From: Somniosus microcephalus
Taxonomy: Eukaryota
DNA length: 64,000 nucleotides
Assembly (NCBI GenBank): GCA_052327205.1
Contig: CM126220.1
Coordinates: 29,450,001-29,514,000, forward strand
Direction: 5' to 3'
Below the pieces are notes generated by a model. The model was not told the origin of the DNA. It worked only from the letters and a program-made list of their open reading frames with translations, and ran no database searches. The position numbers and the translations under genes are program-made. Shown here in pieces: positions 52,912-63,651 of the stretch. Every line of letters begins with the position of its first letter. Position 1 is the first letter of the stretch.

Positions 52912-54156
52912 TTACATGTGAGACTCGTTGTCCTCGTCATCTTCTCCTGTTGCTTGCAGTTCATCTGTCGTTGATAGCCAGGGTTTTATCGCATCTCCAG
53001 ATGCTACTGGAATGCCAGCGAGGGCCAATTTACAACATACTTTCAAAATCGTTGTCATAACACAACATATTGTCATCACTACAACAACAATTATAAATCC
53101 ATGTATCAAATACGATCCCCATGATCCTCCGAAGAGCCAGTCCAACCAACCTTCCCCTGAGGTTTGGTGTAATTTCTTTACCTCCTTTTGTATATGCTCG
53201 GCCAAATTGGTTATATTCTCTGAGCTATCTGGTATGTAGGTGCAGCACTCAGCGCCTATCATTGCGCATGTGCCACCTTCTTTAGCTAGGAGATAATCAA
53301 GGGCCATCCTATTCTGGAGAGCTATTGTTCTCATAGCCACCATTTCTGCACTTATTTCAGACCGGGCTTCAGCTGTGTCATTAGCTACTTTCTCTAATAC
53401 CGATGCTACGAGTCGAATTTCCTTTATTGCCCTAGCCTTCCCATACCCAGGGAATAAAATAGCGAAGAACCGCTCTGTTTCTGTAATTGCCCTTTTGGAG
53501 CGGTAATGGTGATGATCTGCTAGGGAGGGCAAGTGATGGATGTATGGCACCACATATCCCAAATAGCAGGACCCAGTCCAATTTCGTGGAAGCCATGGGT
53601 ATGCCTTATGTCCGCAAATAAAATAGGTCCCGTTATAGGCAGTTAGGTTCATCTTCGTTGTGAATGTGGAAAAGCCAGACTCGCCGTTACTCCCTGTGAT
53701 TCCGTTCCATTTTCCCCCACTAGTGAGGTTTGTTAAACCAGTTGTGTTAAATCACCAAACTTCTAAGGGTGAACCTTGTTCGAGGGTTGTCCAATTATGT
53801 TTACAACGACTGTTTCCTGCTTCCAGATTCCCTTCTTCCCCTCTGCTTACATTCCTTATCCAACATATCGCCCCAACGGATCTTCCTACCCCAGTTGTGT
53901 TTGTGAGGATAAGGTATGGTGGCTTTTCGCTTATATTATACACGGGTTTGTTCCATTCCTTCAAACATGTTTAAGGGATATCCTGCACTCCTGAACTGTA
54001 CTCTTTGTTCCTCCCGTTTTCTGCTCTGGGTGTCCTTACCATTAGTACTACTGCTCGTATTGTTTCTACTAACTAACCACTCAGCCATTTGAATTACATT
54101 CAATGGTATTGGTCTAAGAGGGATTCCCCCTCTGGAGTGGATTGGGATATGGCTAC
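52912..54156 (-). pseudogene. env: ERV env, 3' part (most of SU and all of TM)
   Basis: Furin site RSKR, fusion peptide, ISD LQNRMALDYLLAKEGGTC, CX6CC (CAMIGAECC), TM helix. One frameshift near 53957 and a TGA at 53752-53754. Confidence 0.93.
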
Positions 54157-54442
54157 TGATGTGCCTTCAATAACCACAAAACTAGAAGTTATAGGCTTAA
54201 ACAAGTTGGCTTTTAATCACTAAGATCAGAGCTACATCTCAACACACCGACTGGCTCATAGGAATGAGTCATACAGATCCGGGGATCTTTATGTAAGAGA
54301 AGTCAGGGGCGGAGCCAAGAGCCAAGACCTGGAACCTTCCAGGTTAGTCAGGAAAGAGGAAGTGAAACTATACACAGTGTGGGGGAGGGTAATATACATG
54401 AGTACAGGAAATACAGGATCAAGACAAACAGATTTCATTACA
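54157..54442 (-). repeat. Gypsy 3' LTR
   Basis: Differs from the 5' LTR at 3 of 286 positions by eye. Confidence 0.96.
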
Positions 54443-54443
54443 T

Positions 54444-57400
54444 TCACCCCTTCTTTAGATTTAGTCCATCGGGGTGATGTTTCTTAAAGTTGGTATAAGT
54501 GAGTCTGTCAGGAGGTTTTGCGGTTCTCAGTGATCGGCGCAAAGCCGGTTGGGGTGCCTCTAGGGGAGTGGATTCTGGTTCCTCCGCTGTCCGGGCCTCC
54601 GCAGTGTCTTCCAGGTTATCTGCAGTGTCCTCCAGGTTAAAGTTGGGTATTGATACCTCTGGGCGTCCTGTCGCTTTTTGGTGTAGGCCTTCCTCGGGTA
54701 GTCTCTCATCGTTCTCTCCGCTCCCCGAGGGAGCGAGGTCTTTTATGGAAACAGTGTCCTCTCGCCCGTCAGAGTATTCGATATAGGCGTACTGAGGGTT
54801 TGCATGGAGGAGCTGTACCTTTTCCACAAGGGGATCCATTTTATGGCCTCTCACGTGCTTCCGCAATAGTACTGTCCCCGGAGACGTCAGCCACGCGGGT
54901 AGAGATATGCCCGAGGTGGATTTCCGGGGGAAAATGAACATCTTTTCGTGAGGGGTAGCGTTAGTGGCTGTACATAACAGAGACCTTATGGAGTGGAGCA
55001 CGTCTGGGAGGACTTCCTGCCAGCGGGAGGTCGGAAGGCCTTTTGACTTTAAGGCTAACGTGACAGCCTTCCAAACAGTAGCATTCTCCCTTTCCACTTG
55101 CCCATTACCCCGGGGGTTGTAGCTAGTGGTTCTGCTAGTGGCTATCCCCTTCGAGAGCAAGAACTGTCGCAGTTCGTCACTCATGAATGACGTCCCCCTA
55201 TTGCTGTGTATGTAGTTCGGCATGCCAAACATGCAGAATAGATTACAGAGACACTTGATGACCGTGGCACTGGTCATGTCTGGGCAGGGAATGGCGAAGG
55301 GGAAGCGGGAATATTCACCGATGATATTGAGGAAGTATACGTTACGGTCGGCAGAGGGAAGGGGTCCCTTGAAGTCCAGACTTAGGCGCTCGAATGGCCG
55401 TGTGGCTTTGATAAGGTGTGCACGGTCAGGCCTGTAGAAACGAGGCTTGCATTCCGCACAGATGCGGCAGGCTCTGGTCATTGCCCTGACCTCCTCGATG
55501 GAGTGGGGCAGATTGCGGGACTTTATAAAATGGTATAGTCGGGTGACCCCTGGGTGACAGAGGTCGTTGTGGAGACCCTGTAATTTGTCCGTATGAATGC
55601 TGGCACACATTCCCCGCGATAGGGCGTCTGGGGGTTCATTAAGGGCTCCCGGCCTGTACATAATATCATAGTCGAACGTGGATAGTTCGATCCTCCACCT
55701 GAGTATTTTGTCATTCTTGATTTTCCCCCTTTGTTATTAAACATGAAAGCCACTGACCGCTGGTCGGTGAGCAGGGTGAAACGTTTGCCGGCTAGGTAGT
55801 GTCTCCAGTGCCGCACTGCCTCCACTATAGCCTGTGCCTCCTTCTCGACAGAAGAGTGCCTGATTTCAGGTCCCTGAAGGGTTCGGGAGAAGAAGGCCAC
55901 AGGTCTCCCAGCCTGATTGAGGGTCGCAGCTAAGGCAAAGTCTGACGCATCGCTTTCGACTTGAAAGGGAATGCTTTCGTCCACTGCACACAGTGCAGCC
56001 CTTTCAATGTCCTGTTTGATACTGGTGAAAGCCTCCCGAGCTTCAGCTGATAGTGGGAAGGACGTCGATTTAATGAGGGGTCGGGCCTTATCAGAGTAAT
56101 TGGGCACCCATTGGGCATAATACGAAAAAAATCCCAGGCACCTTTTTAAAGCTTTGGGATTGTGTGGCAGGGGCAGTTCCTTTAGGGGGCGTAATTGGTC
56201 AGGGTCCGGTCCAATTACCCCATCTTCCACCACACAGCCGAGGATACAGAGACGGGTTGTGTTGAAGACACATTTGTCTTCGTTGTAGGTTAGATTCAGC
56301 TTTAGGGCAGTTTTTAAAAATCTCGCAAGATTTAGATCGTGGTCTTGCTGGTTGTGCCCGCAGATAGTGACATTGTCCAGATAGGGGTAGGTAGCTTGTA
56401 GTTTATTCTCGTCAACCATGCGGTCCATCTCACGTTGGAAGACCGAGACCCCATTTGTTACCCCGAAGGGCACTCTGAGAAAATGGTAGAGGCGCCCGTT
56501 CGCCTCGAAGGCGGTGTATGGGCAGTCCTCCGTTCTAATGGGGAGCTGGTGATATGCGGATTTGAGGTCGATAGCCGAGAAGACTCGGTATTGCGCAATC
56601 TGGTTGACCATTTCTGATATGCGGGGTAAAGGGTAGGCGTCCAGCTGGGTATAAATATTAACAGTCTGGCTGTAGTCAATTACCATCCGTTTATTTTCGC
56701 TATTTTTAACTATGACTACTTGGGCACACCACGGACTGGTACTGCATTCAATAATGCCTTCCCGCAGGAGTCTGTCCACTTCCGCCTTGATAAAGTGTCT
56801 GTCTTCCAGACTGTACCGTCTACTTTTGGTCGCTGTGGGCCTACAGTTCGGAGCGAGATTAGCGAATAAAGAGGGCGGGCTGATTTTTAAGGTTGATAGG
56901 CCACAGACTGTGAGTGGCGGCTGGGACCCGCCATATGCTAGCGTGACACTTTCGTGGTGGCACTGGAAGTCCAGGCCCAAGATTACATTAACACAGAGTT
57001 CTGGCATCACAAGGAGTTTAAAATCCTTGTAGTCCGTGCCTTTTACAGTCAGTGTTACCACACAGTAGCCCAAAATGTCCGAAGTGTGGGGCTTAGCAGC
57101 CATAGCAATTCTGCTCCGTGTAGGGGTTACCGTTAATGAGTGCTGCCGTACCAGGCTAGGGTGGATAAAACTCTCGGTACTCCCACAGTCAATTAAACAT
57201 TTCGTTAAATTCCCGTTTACCTGTATGTCCATCATGGATTTTGTCAACGGGTGTGGCCTGGATTGATCCACCGTGATCGAAGCCACTGTTGGGCCCTGGG
57301 CGGCCGTTGAGTTGGGAAAAGATGGCGGATCCCAAGATGGCGGCCCGCACGGCACGCACGAGGCGGTGACGGAGTTGGAAATCGGATTCCCCCTGCAGAC

Positions 57401-58189
57401 TTTGCTAAAATGCCCCTTTTTCTTACATTTGAAGCATGTAGTGTCCTTCGCTGGGCATCGTTGTCTGGGGTGCTTGGCCTGGCTGCAGAAGTAGCATTTC
57501 GGGCCTCGAGACATTGCCGCTGTAGTAGGACTCCTGGGTGAACTTCTGTGTGGGGACTCCGGCGGTGTAGTGCTGGTCTGAGACCTGGATGGGGAAGATG
57601 GCTGATTCCACGATGGCGGCCCGCTCGGCGCGCATGAGGCGGTGAGGGCCGCATGGCCGGAAGAATAAGAGTCAGAGTTTTTCTGGGCCACGTCCAGCGA
57701 TCGCGCAGTGGCCACTGCCTTTTTTAAGTCCAGGACCTCCTTCTCCAGCAGTCTCTGCCGGATATAATTCGATTTGAGGCCCATGGTGAAGGAATCGCGG
57801 ACCAATTCGTCAGAGTACACGTTGGCCGTCACGGCCTTGCAGTTACAGTCCCGGACCAAGTCCTTTAGGCCCTGTAAGAAATCGTCCATTGATTCCTCAG
57901 GTCGCTGCCTGCGTGTAGCCAGCAGATGTCTGGCGTACACTTCGTTTACCGGCCTCTGGTATTGGGCCTTCAGGATAGTGATGGCCTCCGTGTAAGAGGT
58001 GGCGTCCCGGATGAACGAATAAATCTGATGACTAACGCGAGTAGTCAGTAGACTCAGTTTATCTACCTCGCTAGCGGATGAGGCCCTCGTGAAGAGTTCG
58101 AAGCATTTGAGCCAGTGTCCAAATTGATTTGATGCTTCAGCAGAATGTGGATCCAAGTCCAGACGCTCTGGTTTTAGGAGTCGATCCAT
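54444..58189 (-). pseudogene. Gypsy gag-pol polyprotein, broken by one frameshift near 55730
   Basis: Two CCHC knuckles, protease LIDCGS, RT DLKSAYHQ / PFG / YLDN, RNase H ESDAS, integrase HHCC followed by degenerate D,D,E. Confidence 0.92.
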
Positions 58190-58214
58190 CCTAGTATTCT
58201 TTAGTGATTAAAAT

Positions 58215-58500
58215 TGATGTGCCTTCAATAACCACAAAACTAGAAGTTATAGGCTTAAACAAGTTGGCTTTTAATCACTAAGATCAGAGCTACATCTCAA
58301 CACACCGACTGGCTCACAGGAATGAGTTATACAGATCCGGGGATCTTTATGTAAGAGAAGTCAGGGGCGGAGCCAAGAGCCAAGACCTGGAACCTTCCAG
58401 GTTAGTCAGGAAAGAGGAAGTGAAACTATACACAGTGTGGGGGAGGGTAATATACATGAGTACAGGAAATACAGGATTAAGACAAACAGATTTCATTACA
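58215..58500 (-). repeat. Gypsy 5' LTR
   Basis: Direct repeat of 54157-54442; GC box, CATAAA TATA-like motif and ATTAAA on the - strand. Confidence 0.96.
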
Positions 58501-58662
58501 GCTACATACCCAACATGCACTTTCTCCCTTGTCCCTTGCATACACATAACTCATATACAAAAAGGTATTAACATGGAATTCTCGCTTTTCCCATGCCGGG
58601 TGGCATGTCACTTTGGTCAATGCCACACATATTCCACAAAACAATACTATAGTCAAATACAT
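58501..58662 (-). pseudogene. env: ERV env, 5' part (signal peptide to CWVC)
   Basis: MYLTIVLFCGICVALTKVTC...SACWVCS; removing the Gypsy and one TSD restores CWVCSHIPIHSRGGIPLRP. Candidate splice acceptor ctaacag| at 58720-58721. Confidence 0.9.
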
Positions 58663-58743
58663 TTTAAAGACGTATTAACAATTTTCCAAAGGGTTATTGA
58701 GATTGATTGCAGGTATCACCTGTTAGATATACAAATATGTATT

Positions 58744-61700
58744 TTAGTCCTTGTAGACCTTCAGTTGAGTCCAGTGTTTCCACCGCCCCATCCCCTTTAT
58801 ATCTATATACATGCGCACGTATCCCCACTAATAAGGACTTGATGTGGTCCTGACCATTTTGGGGCAAAGCCTGTTTTTTCTGGTAAAATTTTAACCATTA
58901 CCTTAGTTCCCGCTGGAGGGATATGTGGAAGTGCAGTCAATTCCAAATCTTTATCTCTTTCCTCCTGTCTATCCCTAGTTTGCTGTCTCATTTCCTTTAA
59001 CTGGTTACTTAGTTCCAAGACGTACCTACGGACTCTATCTCTCAGAGGGCCTATATCCTCTCCTCCTGTTATTATTCCATGGGGGAGTTGCATCGCTCTC
59101 CCCGTCGTTAATTCGTAAGGGGACAAACCCGTCGTTCGGTTTGGGCTCGCCCTTAACTTCATTAACACGGTTGGTAATACATTTACCCATTGCTGTTGCT
59201 TTTCCCCTAACGCCTTGGCTAAGGCTGTTTTCAAAGTCCGGTTCATTCGTTCCACCATTCCCGAGCTCTGGGGATGGTAGGGAATATGGAATTTTTGCTT
59301 TATTCCCATCCATTCGCATATCTTTTTCATTACTATCCCTGTAAAATGTGTCCCCTAATCTGAATCGATTTGGATTGGTACTCCCCATCGGGGAATTATT
59401 TCTTCTGCCATTATTCTTGCCACTGTGGTGGCTGTGCAGTCCCTAGTAGGGAAGGCCTCGACCCATCGAGTAAACTGGTCTATAATTACCAAGCAATATC
59501 TCTTCCCCCTGGAACTTGGTAATGGTCCAGTGAAATCTATTTGTATCTTTTCCCAAGGGCCTCTAGGTCTCGGCTGGTGGGCCATTCGTATTTTTACTGG
59601 CCGTCCTGGGTTATGCTGGGCGCATGTCGGACACTTTTGACAATACTTTGCTACATCCCTTCCTACACCTGGCCACCACCATTCTTGTCCTACCAGATGG
59701 GTCATCGCCCCTCTGCCCGCATGATCTATGCCATGGTGTAACTCCAAGAGTGTTTGTCGAATACAAGCGGGGGCTATTACCTTCCCGTTCTTTCACCAAA
59801 CCCCCTGATCATCTGCTCTACCTCCTACCCAATACCATTCCTGCCTTTCTCCCGGCGCGGTATCCTGGTGCAACCTTCCGATGTCTATCTGGTCTACCTG
59901 TGTACTTGCTACCGGTAGTTCCTGTTCTAATGCCTGCTGCGCTGCCAAATCCGCGGCCCGATTACCCTCTTGTTGGCGGGTTTCTACCTTCTGATGGGCT
60001 TTAATTTTTACTACTGCTGCCTGCTTTGGTGCTTTTGCAGCTTTCAAGAGGGCCCCTATTCACTGTTGATGTCTGATAAGATCTCCTCCTGCAGTGACCA
60101 ATCCCCTTCTTCCCCAAGCTATCATATAATCGTGCACCACTCCAAACGCATATCTACTATCTGTGTAAATATTTACTGTTTTTCCTTCTGCCAGGGTCAG
60201 GGCCCCAGTGAGTGCTACTAATTCTGCCACTTGGGCTGATAATGCCCCGTCCAATCTGCCGGACAATACTGTTTCTAATTTTTCATTTACGACTGCCCAC
60301 CCAGTTCGGGGAGACCCGTCAACATATTTTCTGGAGCCGTCCACGTACAGGGTAAGCTGTGGGTCTTCCAGAGGATCTTCCTCCAAAGGGTCTCCGTCTA
60401 TTTCCTCACCTACTTCTGCACATACGTGGGGTTCCCCTGATCCCAGGATCCCTTCCGCGGGATTCTCCCCCGTATCCCTAACAATTACCACTGATTCGTC
60501 CTTAGGTATTAGGACCATCTCCCAACGTGCCCTTCGCATGTTAGATACTGACCGTAGCTTATTATTATTTAACATTTCTACTATCGTGTGTCTGGTATGG
60601 AGGATAATGTCCCCGGTCATTACTGTGGGCTCGCTAACCTTTACCGCCCACGCTGCGCAATCCAGTGCTGCTACACATCGTGATAATCCAGCGGCTACGG
60701 ATGACTGTTTAGTGGAGTAATATGCTACCGGCCGTCGCCTGTCCCCATGTTGTTGGGTTATCACGGCGGCGTAGAACCCCCCTTCGTTTTCACAATGAAT
60801 GTGGAATGGTTTCCTCATGTCGGGTAGACCGAGGCCAGGGGCCACTATCAGCGCTTGTTTTAAACTCCCATATGCCTGCTCCTGTTCTGGTCCCCACTCT
60901 ACCGGGGTATTACCGGGACTCCCCCCTTTCACCAATTTCTGGATGGGTTCTGCTATAGCTGCAAAGTTCGCTATAAAATTCCTACTATAATTAAAGAGAC
61001 CTAAAACCTTCCTGACTCCTCGTACTGAGACCGGTCGGGGCATCTCTTGTATGGCCTTCCGTCGGTCACCTGGCATGGCTCTGGTCCCCTGTGACAATTG
61101 TTGTCCCAGGTAAATAACTGTGCTCTGCCCGATTTGAGCTTTCTTAGGGTTTATCTTGAACCCTCCTATTTCCAGGGCTTGTAGGACTTCAGTTAACGCA
61201 GCTGCATGTCCATGCTCATCTTCCGAGGCGATTAACAGGTCATCCACGTATTGCAATACAGTGCTGCGGTACGGGTTGAGGTTCACTGTTTCTAACAGTG
61301 AACTCATTACCCGGTGGAATACCGCCGGGCTGTTATGGAACCCCTGAGGTAGCCTAGTCCATGTATGCTGTCTTTCCCCGACCGTAAAGGCAAACTTATT
61401 CTGGGATTCCTGGTCTAAAGGTAAAGACCAGAATCCATTAGCTATGTCCAAAACTGTAAAAATCTTGTGCTCCGAGTTCAAGGCATTTAAGATTGTGGAT
61501 GGGCTGGCCACTATTGGGTGCAATTTGGGCGTTACCTTGTTTAATTCCGTATAATCAATAGTCAGTCAGAATGATTTATCCGGTTTGGTGACTGGCCATA
61601 CGGGCGAGTTGGTCGTGCTTTCGGTAATCCTAATTATGCCCCTTTCTTCCAGATCACGCACTATTTCTTGTACCGCTTCCCGGGCTTTTGGTTTAATAGG

Positions 61701-62266
61701 GTATTGCTTATGGGGCTTGTGTTCCGGACCTGGAACCGTGATTGGCTCCATTTTTACCTGTCCGGTGTCCTGTTTTGTCTTAGCCCAAATCCCTTTCATA
61801 ATTTTGCATATGGTCCCGTATGGTTTCCGTTCTAGTTCCCAATCCCTGCTCAAAGATGCTGCACTCCCTACCCTAGCCAAATTGGTGCATGGTTTATCTA
61901 TACTGACCTTGGACCCATCTCCTTTGGACCAAACAATTTTATTTTGCGCGGAGTCCACCAATGTGTTAAATTCTTTTAGCAAGTCTATTCCTAATATGGT
62001 ACCTTCGTTATTTGGACACACATAAAAGTGGGCGGGGAGGAGTTTTCCTGTTAACTCTAAAACTTGTACCTCACTTTTATAAGCCTTAATTTTTATACCC
62101 CCTAATCCTACTATATATATATATATTCCTTGGTTGTTGGAAGGGGCAAATCAGTCAAGGATACTGATGCTCCTGTGTCAACTAACATTTCACACGGTCG
62201 GCCCCCTAATAATGCTGCTACATAGACTCGGTTATCCGAGCCTCCTTTTACGGGGGCCGCCTCCCG
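58744..62266 (-). pseudogene. pol: ERV pro-pol (protease, RT, tether, RNase H, integrase), disabled
   Basis: LVDTGA, LDIANGFWS, RLPQGFHNSP, QYVDD, LYVDGS, HHCC, IDFT/IDQF..DSD..E, terminal WKHWTQLK. Four premature stops (61566, 60060, 59793, 59355) and frameshifts near 62112 (TA expansion), 59770 and 58805. Confidence 0.93.
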
Positions 62267-63574
62267 TCATTGACTCTTCCCTTTCGACTTGAGGTACTCA
62301 AGAAAGTCCCTTCTATCCTCCGGACTGAGATAAGCGCCCTGTGTCTGGTCCACGTTTCCTTTCTTCTGCCAACAGCTGTAACTCTGGTGTCCTGGCTTAC
62401 CGCAATAGTCACATCCCCCTTTCTTTCCACTCCTGCAATCCTTTGCCATATGTCCCATCTTCCCACAATTATAACAGTTCCCCTGAATTCTCTTGTTTGA
62501 TTGTGATGCCTCCCCTGCTGCTACCCTTTCCTGTTTAACTTTTACACCTCCCTTTTCGGTGTGTTCAGATTCCTTTGCGTCTATCTGACATGCCCATTGA
62601 ACTGCGAGACCATACGTAGGGGCGGCTACTACCCCCATTTTTAGGATGGCTTGGTGTGCCGATGAGAGTCCATCCTTAAACATCTGGATGAAGGGCTGGT
62701 CTGTTCGTTGTGGGTTTGCTTGCCCTGACGATTCGCAATAGGCGTCAAACAATCGTTCTCCATAATCACTACTAGATTCTCCCTTTCTTTGCTTTATTGA
62801 TTGGATTTTTCCCCAGTTTATAGTAGGGGCCCCAAGTGCCGTTTCTACTGCGATCTTAAAGGGCCCGTATGCTGCCCGCTGTGCCGCCAGTGCGGCACCC
62901 GCAGGTACTGCATCCGCCCACGCTCCGTCTTGCATGCCTGCAGCGGGGTTTACATTTCTCCATTTGTCGGCTGGGCATTTCGCCCTAACTAACTGGTGGA
63001 TGTCTCGAGGATGTAAATCATGGATTTCCCATATTTCCTCTAAATTCCTCCAGAACTCTGAGTTCTGACTACGGGGTTTAAGGGTTCCTAAATCTTTAAG
63101 AATGGCTTGTTTTTCAAGAGGGGAGAAAGCCCGATATCGACTTTGAGCTGGCGCTGGGTGTCGTATTACGGGTGCCATCGGCACTACTGGAATATCATTT
63201 TCGTCTCTAGGTGGAGCCGAGGCATACGGCGGGGGGTTTTCTTTATCCCGTTCGTCTCCTTTTCCCTTGCCTGTCAATTCCATCCTTTCTACTAAAGTTT
63301 CTAATTCTGCTATTCTTATTTCTTGTTCTTCCATCTTACTGGTTTGTGTCTTAACCCTTTTTGTTAACATTACTACCTGATGTATTAAAATTACTCCTGC
63401 TTTCTTAGTTTTCTTTTGTTTCTGCTTTTCCCACCACTCCCGCTGTGTTATTGGTTTTTCTAGTGGATCCCACCCATCTTTCTTCATTTTATCGATCAAA
63501 CCCTTTTGGTCGTCAGCATAGAGCCGACTCATCGATCCTGGCGGACCCCAGTCTGGGCCTCCGCCTTCCACCAT
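62267..63574 (-). CDS. gag: ERV gag, open 435-aa frame
   Basis: Basic matrix-like patch, PPPY late domain, MHR-like QRKGESSSDYGERL, two CCHC knuckles, ends CAA-TGA-CGG in frame with protease. Confidence 0.9.
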   Translation of the reverse strand: MVEGGGPDWGPPGSMSRLYADDQKGLIDKMKKDGWDPLEKPITQREWWEKQKQKKTKKAGVILIHQVVMLTKRVKTQTSKMEEQEIRIAELETLVERMELTGKGKGDERDKENPPPYASAPPRDENDIPVVPMAPVIRHPAPAQSRYRAFSPLEKQAILKDLGTLKPRSQNSEFWRNLEEIWEIHDLHPRDIHQLVRAKCPADKWRNVNPAAGMQDGAWADAVPAGAALAAQRAAYGPFKIAVETALGAPTINWGKIQSIKQRKGESSSDYGERLFDAYCESSGQANPQRTDQPFIQMFKDGLSSAHQAILKMGVVAAPTYGLAVQWACQIDAKESEHTEKGGVKVKQERVAAGEASQSNKRIQGNCYNCGKMGHMAKDCRSGKKGGCDYCGKPGHQSYSCWQKKGNVDQTQGAYLSPEDRRDFLEYLKSKGKSQ

Positions 63575-63642
63575 AATGTATTAATTTTTTTTTTCACTAG
63601 TTTACCACGTTCCGGTCCACCCTAGTAACTCGTTCTCAGAGG

Positions 63643-63651
63643 TCTTACCTA
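63643..63651 (-). promoter_or_regulatory. ERV major splice donor candidate
   Basis: TAG|GTAAGA about 70 nt upstream of the gag ATG. Confidence 0.6.

Larger units (their letters stand above)
54157..58500 (-). mobile_element. Full-length Ty3/Gypsy LTR retrotransposon (4344 bp)
   Basis: Two 286-bp TG...CA LTRs, 5-bp TSD gctac (54152-54156, 58501-58505), PPT AAAGAAGGGGTGAA, domain order gag-PR-RT-RH-IN. Confidence 0.97.

Noticed and set aside
52912-53652. Intact 246-aa env ORF as a domesticated syncytin-like gene
   Set aside because: It lacks its signal peptide, which is cut off by a stop, a frameshift and the Gypsy insertion, and nothing in the sequence indicates selection.
55719-55735. G-GGA-AAA slippery heptamer at the Gypsy pol frameshift, suggesting a programmed -1 shift before integrase
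   Set aside because: The break falls inside the conserved RNase H end and the segment looks short by a few bases, so a slippage deletion is simpler. A family consensus would settle it.
53660-63300. Many + strand ORFs antisense to gag, pol and env
   Set aside because: These are shadow frames of coding retroelement sequence with no recognisable motifs.
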